Notes: generated by a model not told the origin, from the sequence alone. DNA of 62,254 nt, filler included, from Bacteriovoracaceae bacterium (GCA_018649885.1; 4 parts of 4 records of this genome joined end to end with filler, not necessarily neighbours in it); one strand, 5' to 3'. Numbered from the whole stretch's first letter, positions 36,796 through 46,880 are shown. A program made the numbers and translations.

Positions 36796-39297
36796 ATGGG
36801 AAAAATGAGAGAGTTTAATAAACAAAAACTATTGTGTGCCTGGTTAGTGGTATTCACCACCAGCATCGCCTTTGCGGAAGATCCTGCAATTGTAACTTCT
36901 ATTGCCACCACTGAAACGAGTAGTTCCGAGCATCTTGCGAGCCCCTTATTAACTCCAAACATCTACAGCTTCTTTAGTGAGGATATGTGCTTCAAGTTTT
37001 TCGTGGGACCTTATTACAGTGCTTTTATTTCGGTTTGTGAAGCATACCGTGATGAGCAGGGAAGAAAGCACTATCCTGTTGAGGTGGTCCCAGTAGAAGA
37101 GGCCATTCCAAGTGAATCAGAAACTGAGGTTGATTGTCCCAGGAATATTGTTTCAGATAAAAAAAATATAAAATCTTTTTTAAGAAAACTGTATCTGTGT
37201 CAAGATGACATTGAAAATCTTATTCCAAATGGCGTTGATCATTCTATATCACAAGATACTATTGACGAGTTAAAAGGAATTCCACAAGAGTTAGTCGCCG
37301 AGTCCTGGCCTTCCATTATGTTAAGTACTATTGAAAGCTCCTTAAGACAGCATAACGCTCCAGGAGTTGATTGTGCAGCTTGTATAAACACAGAGTTAGT
37401 AGAGCTTGATATTGAAGCTGGAGATTTAGTGGCCTCAGTTGAAAGTTTGGTAGGAGAGCTTAAGTCAAAGGCAACTGATGAAGATATTATTCTTGATCTT
37501 GGTAGCTTTGCCACTTTTAGTGCAGTGGGGCCAGAATTTGCAAGAAATGATCTTACAAGCTTTCTCAGTAATAAAGGATTGCAGGCAGGGATAGGACTTC
37601 CACTTGCTATGGGATATGGGTTTTATTTTTATACTTCAGATCAATTTTATTGGGAAACCTCAATTGAGTTATGGGGAAAGAAAGATTTTTGCAGTGGTGG
37701 TCAGTATATTTGTCTTGAGCAGCTGATAAATGATCCTGAAGGGCAATATAGTACTCAGATTTTGAGAGGGTTTGAAGAATACTTTAATACAAATGGATAT
37801 AGTGATCCCATTGGTCTTTCAAGGGATATCCTTGAAAAAATTAAGTCTAGAGACTTTGGTGCAAGCTATAAAGAAACAGAGCAATCAATTCAACTGATTA
37901 AGGATTTATTTCTGGAAGGTTTCTTGATACCTGATTATATTGCAGAGAAAATTTCTGAAAAATTAGAAGAATATAGAGAAGAGTTGCAACTCGATGATCC
38001 TGGAAAAAATAAAACAGACCCCATTACCGAATATTTTCTTAAAGTTGCCGAAGAGAATTTGGTAGATGAAGCACAAAGAGAAGGTTTTATTGGCCGTATT
38101 CCAGAAAGGGTTGACCGCATGCTCTTTGGGCTGGTTACAGGTAACCAATCAAAAGAAGAAATGGAAACAATCGATTTGATATTTAAGGACAATCCAGAGG
38201 GGCTAGCACATATGAAAGATGCCCTATCTATCTCTTATGCAGAAATAAGTGATGACTATCCTGAGCTTGAGAAGAAGGCGGCTGAGAAGGCCCGATCTTT
38301 TATGAAAAAATCTGATCTTATGGATCATATGTGTCGGGATGAAAATCCTGAATTTGTGTCGCTTTCTAGCGTCACCCGCGCCAATGTTATTATGGAAGAG
38401 ATGGAGCAATATGCAAAAAAGCACAAAAAAGAAATTCCAGAATTCACAGAAGAAGAAGTGTCCTTTTTTGAAAAGCGTATGGACCACTCTGAATTTGATC
38501 AAAAAGTAGAGAGAAGGACCTTAAAGGAATGTAGACTTCAGCTTTCAGATAAAACTGACCTGACTGGTACTTTGAGTCTTATCCTTGGCGTTTCAAATAG
38601 TAGCGACAGTGGAGAGTTTACTCTCGGGCTTCCTCGCCGAATATTTCAAAAGCTTGAGTTCACAAAGCCTAGATATTCACTAAGTGTAGGCAGCTTTATG
38701 CACAATGAAGTTCCTATGATTGGTTTGTTTGGAACCCAGGTAGAAGACCTATCTAGTGCATTTGGCGGGAGTACTTCATTTACTACTGAAAGGCTTCATT
38801 TGTCCGCAGAGTTTGAAAAAGGAAATATACCCGATTGTAGTGCGGCAGCTGAAGACTATTTATGTGGAGTCTATATAGGGGAATCTCTTTATCTCAAATT
38901 AAGTCCTTTTGGAGGCGATTCTTTAATACTTAGTGCCGCCGTTGAAGACAGGCAATTTGACGAAGGAAGATCTGGTTCTGCTTCAGGCGCCTTGACTGTT
39001 CAAAATGAAAATGAAGGAATTCTTCCTCATATACAATTTACTAGCGGTGCAAATCTCAGTGGTCATGCAACAAGTTACGGTATTGGTCAAGAAGGTACAA
39101 TTGATGCCAGTATCAGCTCTCGTTTTGGAATTGATGAAGCGGTGATTGTTGGGGGATCTCACCAACTATCTATCGAAGTCAATACTTGGGCGGGTTACCA
39201 TCCTTTTAATACTGTTGTTGATTTTTCTGGGCGTGATGTTTACGTAGAGTATGGTGGTGGAGTGCTGCTAAAACTTGAGAGAAGAAACGAGGACTAA
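36796..39297 (+). CDS. Large hypothetical secreted protein with possible C-terminal beta-barrel
   Basis: Signal peptide ending AFA, helical acidic middle, Gly/aromatic-rich beta C-terminus. Confidence 0.7.
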   Translation: MGKMREFNKQKLLCAWLVVFTTSIAFAEDPAIVTSIATTETSSSEHLASPLLTPNIYSFFSEDMCFKFFVGPYYSAFISVCEAYRDEQGRKHYPVEVVPVEEAIPSESETEVDCPRNIVSDKKNIKSFLRKLYLCQDDIENLIPNGVDHSISQDTIDELKGIPQELVAESWPSIMLSTIESSLRQHNAPGVDCAACINTELVELDIEAGDLVASVESLVGELKSKATDEDIILDLGSFATFSAVGPEFARNDLTSFLSNKGLQAGIGLPLAMGYGFYFYTSDQFYWETSIELWGKKDFCSGGQYICLEQLINDPEGQYSTQILRGFEEYFNTNGYSDPIGLSRDILEKIKSRDFGASYKETEQSIQLIKDLFLEGFLIPDYIAEKISEKLEEYREELQLDDPGKNKTDPITEYFLKVAEENLVDEAQREGFIGRIPERVDRMLFGLVTGNQSKEEMETIDLIFKDNPEGLAHMKDALSISYAEISDDYPELEKKAAEKARSFMKKSDLMDHMCRDENPEFVSLSSVTRANVIMEEMEQYAKKHKKEIPEFTEEEVSFFEKRMDHSEFDQKVERRTLKECRLQLSDKTDLTGTLSLILGVSNSSDSGEFTLGLPRRIFQKLEFTKPRYSLSVGSFMHNEVPMIGLFGTQVEDLSSAFGGSTSFTTERLHLSAEFEKGNIPDCSAAAEDYLCGVYIGESLYLKLSPFGGDSLILSAAVEDRQFDEGRSGSASGALTVQNENEGILPHIQFTSGANLSGHATSYGIGQEGTIDASISSRFGIDEAVIVGGSHQLSIEVNTWAGYHPFNTVVDFSGRDVYVEYGGGVLLKLERRNED

Positions 39298-39507
39298 TAT
39301 GTCAAAGTTGGGATCTGATCTGACATGGACAGATGTATAAAATATTTGCAACTTCTTTCAAGGAAAAATTTAAAATAGAAATGAATGTTCTTATAAGGAA
39401 ATGGATAGAAGTGAAAAAGTGATTATAAATTTATATTATGTAAGACAGGATACCAACTTTTCTGATTAATAGTGCTGGCCGCGTATCTCACGACCAGCGC
39501 AGAATTT

Positions 39508-39810
39508 CTATCTTACTACAGATAATATTCTTTGACATACTTCATAGACTGATCTCCAGTAGGAGTCGGTATTAAATAGTGAAAGGTGAATACTTTCATT
39601 GTAAGTCGCCTCAATGTGTTTGACCGGCTTATCAACATGCTTGTAATAAAATTGATAGCACTGCTTATCAATTCCAAATTTTGTGTAAGCTTCAAAATTA
39701 AACTTCCACTCTTGTCCAATAGTTCCAGAAACTCTCATTGGCTTCAAACTCTCGGCACTAGTACTTCCCATTGCAAAGGCAAAAACCATTGACACTAATA
39801 ATGTTTTCAT
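39508..39810 (-). CDS. Hypothetical secreted protein
   Basis: Signal peptide; ATGA overlap with the desaturase gene. Confidence 0.6.
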   Translation of the reverse strand: MKTLLVSMVFAFAMGSTSAESLKPMRVSGTIGQEWKFNFEAYTKFGIDKQCYQFYYKHVDKPVKHIEATYNESIHLSLFNTDSYWRSVYEVCQRILSVVR

Positions 39811-40595
39811 GACATCTCCTTGTGTGTATCTAGCTTTTCTTGACCCAGTTTCGGGGTATCAAAATCAGCTAGTTTAATTGTTCTTAAAATTAAACAAAAC
39901 ATATATCCAATATCAAACTCATAGGGTTTGACTGAAAATTTGGGTGAGTCAGGGTAGCGGTGGTGGTTGTTTTGAAAGCCTTCACCCATAACCGCATAGG
40001 CGACAAAGCTATTGTTGGTAGATTGGTCAGGGAGGGCAAAATTGCGGTAACCAATTGCATGGCCAAATGAGTTGACCGCCCAGCCTTGAAAGGGATGGGC
40101 CGTAAGACCAAAATAATAACAAAGAGAAATGGCCCAAAGACCTGTAGATAAGGCAATGCTTAGTGCAATGGCACCGTGAAGAAAGTAAGGGGTTAGCCAA
40201 ACAAATCCTTCTTTTTGGTGAAGAGGGTGGAGTGGGTAATCAATATCTGCAATTTCTTCTAAGGTTTCAGGATCATAGTTTCTAATTTTTTTTAAGATCT
40301 CTTCGTAGTAAAGTGATTGAGAGATAAAGAGCTTAAAAAACCCTGAATGAGCAGGAGAGTGAGGATCTTTTTGGGTATCAGAGTGACGGTGATGCAGCCT
40401 GTGCATGCAAACCCAGGCCTTTGGCTCTATGCCTGTAACCCAGCAGCTTGTTTTCCATAGGAATTTTTCAAAGACTGGATGAAGTACGAGTGCTCTGTGA
40501 GCAAGGCAGCGATGATAGAAAATAGTGATATACAAAAGTGAGATTGAGTAGAAGAAGATGAAAACTGCAATGCACGCCAAAAGGTAATTAGACAC
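39807..40595 (-). CDS. Delta-9-type fatty acid desaturase
   Basis: His boxes HRCLAH, HRLHH and NNHH; DPHSP. Confidence 0.92.
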   Translation of the reverse strand: MSNYLLACIAVFIFFYSISLLYITIFYHRCLAHRALVLHPVFEKFLWKTSCWVTGIEPKAWVCMHRLHHRHSDTQKDPHSPAHSGFFKLFISQSLYYEEILKKIRNYDPETLEEIADIDYPLHPLHQKEGFVWLTPYFLHGAIALSIALSTGLWAISLCYYFGLTAHPFQGWAVNSFGHAIGYRNFALPDQSTNNSFVAYAVMGEGFQNNHHRYPDSPKFSVKPYEFDIGYMFCLILRTIKLADFDTPKLGQEKLDTHKEMS

Positions 40596-40699
40596 TAAGA
40601 CTCCATTTTTTGAAGTCCTAAGTCTGGCAAAGTTTATGTGCGCTGGGAAATCGATTTGGTCAAATTAATGGAGATTTAATTGTGCATGATAAGTGTGGG

Positions 40700-41110
40700 C
40701 TAGCTATCCCAATCGTAGTCTTTGTAGAGGCCAGATTTTTTGCCGCTTTCATCTTCTACTTCGATACCACGGGCCCGCAAATTTGTTCTTCTAATTCTTT
40801 GTAAAATCAGTAACACAATATTTTGATGCCATTTAGGCTGGCCTTTAAAAAAGCTTTTAAACACAGAGGATTCAACCTCGTTTACAACTGAAGCCTGTAT
40901 CGCCTTGACGGTAGCGCAGCGAGGTTCTTTGTCAAAAAAAGACATCTCACCAACGACTTCGCCTGTCTTGATAGTACCCACTTGAATTTCTTTGGTGCCA
41001 CGTCTTTTGTAGACACCTAGAAGCCCTTCTTTAACAAAGAAGACCGAGGTACTTTCCTCTCCTTCACGGATGACCACATCACCTGCGAGGTATTGATGCA
41101 TTTTAGACAT
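40700..41110 (-). CDS. Stand-alone cyclic nucleotide-binding domain protein
   Basis: GDVVIREGE, GEMS, PRCATVKA. Confidence 0.9.
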   Translation of the reverse strand: MSKMHQYLAGDVVIREGEESTSVFFVKEGLLGVYKRRGTKEIQVGTIKTGEVVGEMSFFDKEPRCATVKAIQASVVNEVESSVFKSFFKGQPKWHQNIVLLILQRIRRTNLRARGIEVEDESGKKSGLYKDYDWDS

Positions 41111-41133
41111 GAGCTTTCACACCTTTTCGAATA

Positions 41134-41607
41134 TTATAACAATTTTAACCCAGATTTGTCAGATTTTGATAATATCTGCTCGTTCATGAATAGAAAGATG
41201 ATATTTTGGACTTTATTCATTTTGTGGTTATCTCCAACCACGCAGCCTCTTTCAACGACAGGGTCTTGATGGCTCTTTACTTGATAGCTTAGCTCAAAGT
41301 TAAGCTTACATAATTTAGGGCTTGAGGAAAGTTTGGGATCCACAAGATACCCAAGTAACTTAGTTGAGAATTGTTGGTATTTTTTAAGGGGAACTAACTT
41401 AGTGATTAAGGTTCCTTGGCTTTGAAACTTTATCTCAATAATCAGTCCGCTGTGGCTGTTACATTTTTTTAGACTGGTGAGCTCTCTTTCTCCGTTACTA
41501 TGGACTAGATTATAACGAACCAATTCAAAACAACTCTGTTTAGCGTAGGCACTTCCTACAATGGAAATAGCTAGTATAAAAAAGAAAAAAAGCGGTTTGA
41601 ATTTCAT
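41134..41607 (-). CDS. Hypothetical secreted protein
   Basis: Signal peptide ending AYA; GAGG RBS. Confidence 0.6.
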   Translation of the reverse strand: MKFKPLFFFFILAISIVGSAYAKQSCFELVRYNLVHSNGERELTSLKKCNSHSGLIIEIKFQSQGTLITKLVPLKKYQQFSTKLLGYLVDPKLSSSPKLCKLNFELSYQVKSHQDPVVERGCVVGDNHKMNKVQNIIFLFMNEQILSKSDKSGLKLL

Positions 41608-41848
41608 TCACTTACCTCACACCCCCATATTTTACATCTGGAATATGTCTCACCATAGGGAGCGTGAAAAAGTGATAGTGGGTGTCCAAAAATGTGACAG
41701 TATTTATGTAACTGCCCAATATACTGTTTTTAAAGAGATCGTATAGTTTGGGCAAGAAAAGGAAGTTCTCCGCGGGTCGAAGTTCGGTCATCTAGGTATT
41801 TCCAAAAACTCACACCAAGCTTTCTGCAAGTTGAGATTATTGATAACA

Positions 41849-41948
41849 NNNNNNNNNNNNNNNNNNNNNNNNNNNNNNNNNNNNNNNNNNNNTTAATTAA
41901 TTAANNNNNNNNNNNNNNNNNNNNNNNNNNNNNNNNNNNNNNNNNNNN
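41849..41948. other. Artificial contig linker
   Basis: N44-TTAATTAATTAA-N44. Confidence 0.99.
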
Positions 41949-41949
41949 A

Positions 41950-42120
41950 AAGAAGCCAAAGGAAGATAGTAATGGTTCAGACAAGCCCAAAAAAGGGATC
42001 TTGGGTGGAGTTTTCAAAAAGAAGCCAAAGGAAGATAGTAATGGTTCAGACAAGCCCAAAAAAGGGATCTTGGGTGGAGTTTTCAAAAGAGCAGATAGGA
42101 ACCCAAGCAGTTCAGATTAG
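41950..42120 (+). CDS. 3' end of a protein with 23-aa tandem repeats (partial, cut by contig edge)
   Basis: (KKPKEDSNGSDKPKKGILGGVFK)x2 then RADRNPSSSD*; two identical 69-bp units. Confidence 0.65.
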   Translation, partial: KKPKEDSNGSDKPKKGILGGVFKKKPKEDSNGSDKPKKGILGGVFKRADRNPSSSD

Positions 42121-42142
42121 GTCCCCATTACCCTAGAAAAAT

Positions 42143-42508
42143 TTATTTACCTAAAACGTCGTTTCTTGTTGATTCTGCAATAGCAGCAGCTTCTTGAATT
42201 AGCTCAGCAGGCACATTGAGTTCTTGTAAGGTGGCGCCTAGATTTTCAACAACTGCATCGAAATGAGCATCATTAAGGCCTTGCTCTACAAGATGAGCGT
42301 GACCAACACGCATGTCTTTGCCATCATAATTATTCGGACCGCCAAAGGCGTAGGTTAGAAACATGATTTGTTTTCTTCTTTGTTTTTCCATATCAATTTG
42401 ATCAAAGAATTTGTTGATTCGATCATCGGCCAAAACTTTTTTGTAAAAAATATCTACTGCGGCCTGCACTGCATCCTTTCCACCAATTTTGTCATAAAGA
42501 CTACTCAT
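42143..42508 (-). CDS. glbN: Group I truncated hemoglobin
   Basis: SLYDKIGG, FY..VLADDRI, FL..AFGGP..Y.G, HFDAV; AAGGGG RBS before ATG 42508. Confidence 0.92.
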   Translation of the reverse strand: MSSLYDKIGGKDAVQAAVDIFYKKVLADDRINKFFDQIDMEKQRRKQIMFLTYAFGGPNNYDGKDMRVGHAHLVEQGLNDAHFDAVVENLGATLQELNVPAELIQEAAAIAESTRNDVLGK

Positions 42509-42521
42509 TTTATTCCCCTTG

Positions 42522-42544
42522 AATATGTAAATTAAATATATATT
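42522..42544. promoter_or_regulatory. Putative NsrR operator (11-1-11 imperfect inverted repeat)
   Basis: AATATGTAAAT-T-AAATATATATT resembles AANATGCATTT-N-AAATGCATNTT and sits just upstream of the glbN RBS. Confidence 0.55.
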
Positions 42545-42636
42545 TGAAGTCATTATTGGGTTTTGGTATATCATTTTCAATACGCACCTCGTAAGCTCGC
42601 AGGGGCCTTTAACAGCATTTCGTAAAATGGACTTCT

Positions 42637-43071
42637 ATGCGTCTTTCTCAGTTTAGTGATTACAGTATCAGGACCCTATTATACCTGGGTTCAAACACGG
42701 ATCGTCTTTCAACAGTTAAAGAAATCTCTGAAGCTTATGGAATTTCTCGAAACCACTTGGTCAAAGTGGTTCACAATCTCTCTCAAATGGGCGTGATAGA
42801 AACCTTTAAAGGCAGCAATGGAGGTATTCGTTTAGCAGCAGATGCGGAAAATTTGAAACTTGGGGCACTATTAAAAAAATTGGAGCAAGATGAGTCTGCA
42901 TTTGTTGAGTGTTTTTCAGATGAAGGGAAATGCGTCATTAACAATGTATGTAAACTCAAAGGGATTTTGAAACATTCATACAATTTATTTTTTAAAGACC
43001 TTGACCGCTATACTCTTAAAGATATCACCTGCAAAAAATCTACTCTCATGGAAACCTTTGCACAGTTGTAA
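42637..43071 (+). CDS. nsrR: Rrf2-family NO-sensing repressor, NsrR-like
   Basis: MRL..FSDYSIR, ISRNHLVKVVH, GSNGGIRL, three Fe-S Cys (ECF..C.....C); divergent from glbN. Confidence 0.88.
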   Translation: MRLSQFSDYSIRTLLYLGSNTDRLSTVKEISEAYGISRNHLVKVVHNLSQMGVIETFKGSNGGIRLAADAENLKLGALLKKLEQDESAFVECFSDEGKCVINNVCKLKGILKHSYNLFFKDLDRYTLKDITCKKSTLMETFAQL

Positions 43072-43081
43072 ACTTATCTTA

Positions 43082-43558
43082 TCACTTACCATGGCCAACA
43101 GACTGCGTTTGTGAAGGTTGACGATCAACTTGGGTGCCAGTATTGGCTTGAGCCTCAGCATCAAATTGTTTCTTTGCCTCAGCTTCAGCAGCCTCAGCTT
43201 GATTTAATTCATCAACTTTCTCGGCGTATTGCTTTGAAGCAGCTCTTGCATCAACCCTTCCAGCATCAACTTCATCTTTTAATTTCCTTTCAACTTCTTT
43301 ATCTCTCAAATAGGTTTTGCGGCCTTTACTCTGTATTTTTCCAAATTGACTATAACTACCAGTTTTATCATTTTTTTCACTATCAGTTTTGATCCTACTA
43401 TTAGAACTACCAAATTTCTTATAGTTTCCAAGTTTTTTAAATTTTGATCTTGGGTTTTTTATACGCTTTGGTTTTAATATCTGAGAGAAAGAATCAACAG
43501 AGTAAAATTGTAAAAATATTGTAAGCACTGTAATAAAAACCACTTCTAATTTTTTCAT
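43082..43558 (-). CDS. Hypothetical secreted protein
   Basis: Signal peptide, basic then helical Ala/Glu region; upstream TAAA-N16-GTCGATAG. Confidence 0.6.
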   Translation of the reverse strand: MKKLEVVFITVLTIFLQFYSVDSFSQILKPKRIKNPRSKFKKLGNYKKFGSSNSRIKTDSEKNDKTGSYSQFGKIQSKGRKTYLRDKEVERKLKDEVDAGRVDARAASKQYAEKVDELNQAEAAEAEAKKQFDAEAQANTGTQVDRQPSQTQSVGHGK

Positions 43559-43623
43559 TTTACTATCCCCTAAAGTAAATCACTCCACTTAAACTATCGA
43601 CATAACTGCGTAATAAATTTAAT

Positions 43624-46600
43624 TTAATCAACCTCAAAGGCACCTTTTGACCACCCTGTTTTCTTGTCCTTAGGTGCAGTCCTTGTATTGCCATCAAAAT
43701 CAGTACTAAATGACCAACTCTTTTGAGTACCGTTAAGCCCTTCAGTTTTGATTGATTTATGAGACTTGGATTTGATTTTCCAATTATTGTCGGCCAAACT
43801 CGAAATGGATTCGTCAGCTCCAGTGAGACTTTCAAACTCAACTTTTTTGTTTGAATTTCCTTCACTATTTTTTTCTAAAACTTTTTCCATTTGCTTTAAG
43901 CTGCAATTGACAACACTCTTATCATTTTCCTTACCTTCATCTTTCTTGCCTTTATCCTTGTGATCTTTATCTTTGCCATCTTTTTTATCTTTACCGTCTT
44001 TTTTAACTTTATCATCTTCATCATTCTCCTCATCTTCTTTATCTTTCTCATTTTGATCGTCATCATCTTCATCGTGATCATGGTCATCAGCTTTACTACA
44101 AATTTTCTGATGATTAATTGGTCTTCTATATTCTGTTTCACAATTATTAAATTGATTGTTAAATACACTTGGCATAACTTCGTAGGGCTCTTCTAAATTT
44201 TCGTGGTAAATACAATACTGACTTTGGCCACCGGAGGTGAATAAAATATTGTTGGCCAAATAGATCTTTGATTTTCGAATATAGACAGCTATCGCTTGTA
44301 CACTCCCGCTACCACTACTTACTGTATTGTTTAAAAAGCTGTGTTCTTCTGGAGATAATTCATCAATAATGCCTATAGAAGTTTTAGGACTTGTTCCTCC
44401 AAATACTAAATTATTGTATATTTCTGCTGTACTCCCTCTCAGTAAAATACCATTTGAGCTCTGATCCCCACTTCCCCCTTGTATTTTATTTGAAAAGACC
44501 TTAATTTTTCCAGAGTACAATCTGAGTCCATATGATGATTCACCATTTCCACCATGAAGAGAATTATTGTAAATAAGAGTTTGGGGTTCTGAATCGAATT
44601 GATTTACACTCACCGCTGTGGGGTAATCTCCTGATAGTCCACCAAGAATGGTATTTTCTCTGATAATAGCTGATGACTCAAGAGATATTCCAACCTGGCA
44701 ATTGCCATCAAAGCATGAAATAGCACTCTTTTCAATTATCGAAACTCCCTTACTTGTGGTCCCGGATATTTCAACTCCGCCACGAACTACAGAAGATTTA
44801 AGATTCAAAAAGCTACTTTCAGAACTAATAACAGCCTTTCCAGTAAAACCATTTTTTATTTCAAAACCCTCAGCAATTAATTGTGCATTTCTTAAAGAGA
44901 TTCCATAGCTTTGATCCAGCTCCAATGATCCGCGATCAATTTGAAAAGCTCCTTCGCTTAAATCAAGGGCATAACTCTTCCCCTGAACGCCGGTGAATTT
45001 CATATGTAGTCCACTTAAAATATTTGGTCCTATATTAGAGTAAAAAAGTGACTGGATTCCACTTCCTGATATGAGGGTTTTATGGGTTGTGATACTCCTT
45101 TCATTCCAATCTTCAGTTGAATATCCACCAAATAGATTAACTCCGCTGGGAAGAGAAATAGTAGCAGGCAATGAATAGAGCCCCGCCGCAATTCGAATAC
45201 TCCCACCATGGCCCACGTTTTGAAAAATAGAGACTGCCCTTTCTATACTTTTCACTGGCAAATTATTTGATCCCAAGTAAGTGTCACTTCCAAGGGGCGA
45301 TACATAAATTATATTGCCGCCCATAATATGAATTGAGATCACTCCAAAAACGATATCACCGCTACCAATCGTCAGTTTTTTATTCATTCCTAGAGGCCAT
45401 CCGCTATCAATGGGAGAAAATGTGAACGTCTTGTTTTGTTTACTGGTTGAGCCCACATAGCTTGCAAGCTCACCACTAATTTTTAACTGACCAACTTCTA
45501 CATCCTCAGAGAGCTCTATGGTAATCTTGGCGCCAACAGATAGGACTTGATTTTCAACGGGTCCATTTTGAACTTTAATTTTTGATTTTTGAGAATTGGC
45601 AGTCGCTGTAGCATCGGCTTTCGCCTTGTCCGCACTTGCTTCAGCTTGAGCCGTTTTATTGGCACTCGCTAACGCCGTTGCACTCGCCTCAGCTTGAGCC
45701 GTTTTGTTAGCTTTCGCTAACGCTGCTGCACTCGCCTCAGCTTGGGCCGTTTTATTAGCATTCGCTAACGCTGTTGCACTCGCCTCAGCTTGGGCCGTTT
45801 TGTTAGCATTCGCTAGCGCCGTTGCACTCGCCTCAGCTTGGGCCGTTTTGTTAGCATTTGCTAGCGCCGTTGCACTCGCTTCAGCTTGGGCCGTTTTGTT
45901 AGCATTTGCTAGCGCCGTTGCACTCGCTTCAGCTTGGGCCGTTTTATTGGCATTCGCTAGCGCCGTTGCACTCGCTTCAGCTCGGGCCGTTTTGTTAGCA
46001 TTCGCTAGCGCCGTTGCACTTGCTTCAGCTTGGGCCGTTTTATTGGCATTCGCTAGCGCTGTTGCACTCACCTCAGCTTGAGCCGTTTTGTTAGCATTTG
46101 CTAGCGCTGTTGCGCTCGCCTCAGCTTGAGCCGTTTTATTGGCATTCGCTAGCGCTGTTGCACTCACCACAGCTTGTGCCGTTTTGTTGGCATTTGCTAG
46201 CGCTGTTGCATTTGCCTGCGCTGTTGCACTCACCACAGCTTGTGCTGTTTTATTGGCATTTGCCAGCGCTGTTGCACTCGCCTCGGCCAGTGCTGTTTTA
46301 TTAGCATTTGCCAGCGCTGTTGCACTCGCCTCAGCTTGTGCCGTTTTGTTCGCATTTACTAGCGCTGTAGCATTTGCCTGAGCTGTGGCATCCACAATGG
46401 CCTGAGCAGTCGCCTCAGAATTTGCAAGTTCTACCGCATCTGCTTCAGCGCTTGCCGTGGCACTTATATTTGCTTGTTGATCATCATTTTCGGAGTCACC
46501 ACTTGATTTAGACTCAGTAGCTGGGGGAGCTGTGCTTGTAGAAGGTGAACCCGCTGGCGGACCACCACCTTTACTGCAATTAGCAAGCAGAATAAATAGC

Positions 46601-46635
46601 ATAATTAAACTTATGGGTTTTAGCCAACTTATCAT
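43624..46635 (-). CDS. Large surface lipoprotein: Ala-rich 16-aa repeat stalk plus DUF1565/pectin-lyase-like beta-helix
   Basis: Lipobox LANC; YVSPLGSD..GS...PVKSIERA; repeated (I/V)xxNxIxGG parallel beta-helix motifs; acidic/basic insert. Confidence 0.85.
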   Translation of the reverse strand: MISWLKPISLIMLFILLANCSKGGGPPAGSPSTSTAPPATESKSSGDSENDDQQANISATASAEADAVELANSEATAQAIVDATAQANATALVNANKTAQAEASATALANANKTALAEASATALANANKTAQAVVSATAQANATALANANKTAQAVVSATALANANKTAQAEASATALANANKTAQAEVSATALANANKTAQAEASATALANANKTARAEASATALANANKTAQAEASATALANANKTAQAEASATALANANKTAQAEASATALANANKTAQAEASATALANANKTAQAEASAAALAKANKTAQAEASATALASANKTAQAEASADKAKADATATANSQKSKIKVQNGPVENQVLSVGAKITIELSEDVEVGQLKISGELASYVGSTSKQNKTFTFSPIDSGWPLGMNKKLTIGSGDIVFGVISIHIMGGNIIYVSPLGSDTYLGSNNLPVKSIERAVSIFQNVGHGGSIRIAAGLYSLPATISLPSGVNLFGGYSTEDWNERSITTHKTLISGSGIQSLFYSNIGPNILSGLHMKFTGVQGKSYALDLSEGAFQIDRGSLELDQSYGISLRNAQLIAEGFEIKNGFTGKAVISSESSFLNLKSSVVRGGVEISGTTSKGVSIIEKSAISCFDGNCQVGISLESSAIIRENTILGGLSGDYPTAVSVNQFDSEPQTLIYNNSLHGGNGESSYGLRLYSGKIKVFSNKIQGGSGDQSSNGILLRGSTAEIYNNLVFGGTSPKTSIGIIDELSPEEHSFLNNTVSSGSGSVQAIAVYIRKSKIYLANNILFTSGGQSQYCIYHENLEEPYEVMPSVFNNQFNNCETEYRRPINHQKICSKADDHDHDEDDDDQNEKDKEDEENDEDDKVKKDGKDKKDGKDKDHKDKGKKDEGKENDKSVVNCSLKQMEKVLEKNSEGNSNKKVEFESLTGADESISSLADNNWKIKSKSHKSIKTEGLNGTQKSWSFSTDFDGNTRTAPKDKKTGWSKGAFEVD
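45630..46375 (-). repeat. 48-bp tandem repeat, 15 copies (SATALANANKTAQAEA)
   Basis: 15 ANKT units counted in the translation. Confidence 0.92.
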
Positions 46636-46642
46636 AAGAAGT

Positions 46643-46669
46643 TTTTCGGTAACAAAATTTGATACTTGA
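46643..46669 (-). promoter_or_regulatory. sigma28-like promoter, probably giving a leaderless mRNA
   Basis: TCAA-N15-ACCGAAAA with only 7 nt before ATG 46635 and no SD. Confidence 0.5.
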
Positions 46670-46880
46670 TTGAATCATTTCGATTTAAATATTTCTTATT
46701 GGTATACTCACGCGAGCATAAATAGAATTAATCTAACCAATTCGGTGAATATATATTTTCAATTTTCACTCAATAAGTTTTTTTCATTCCTCATGAAACG
46801 CAAAACTTTCAAATACCATTAATGTAGATGTTAAATCACAAAGTTTTGTCGTATTTCAAGAGCCATAACGAGGAGAAAAA

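Noticed and set aside
41901..42086. Minus-strand ORF MKTPPKIPFLG
   Set aside because: Antisense of the + strand repeat protein tail; it runs into the linker.
43634..43650. GGCACCTTTT as another copy of the inverted-repeat motif
   Set aside because: Short match inside a coding sequence (KGAF); likely chance.
45630..46381. 48-bp repeats as a CRISPR array, and + strand Ala/Val-rich ORFs
   Set aside because: In-frame coding repeats of the minus-strand lipoprotein; the + ORFs are antisense shadows.
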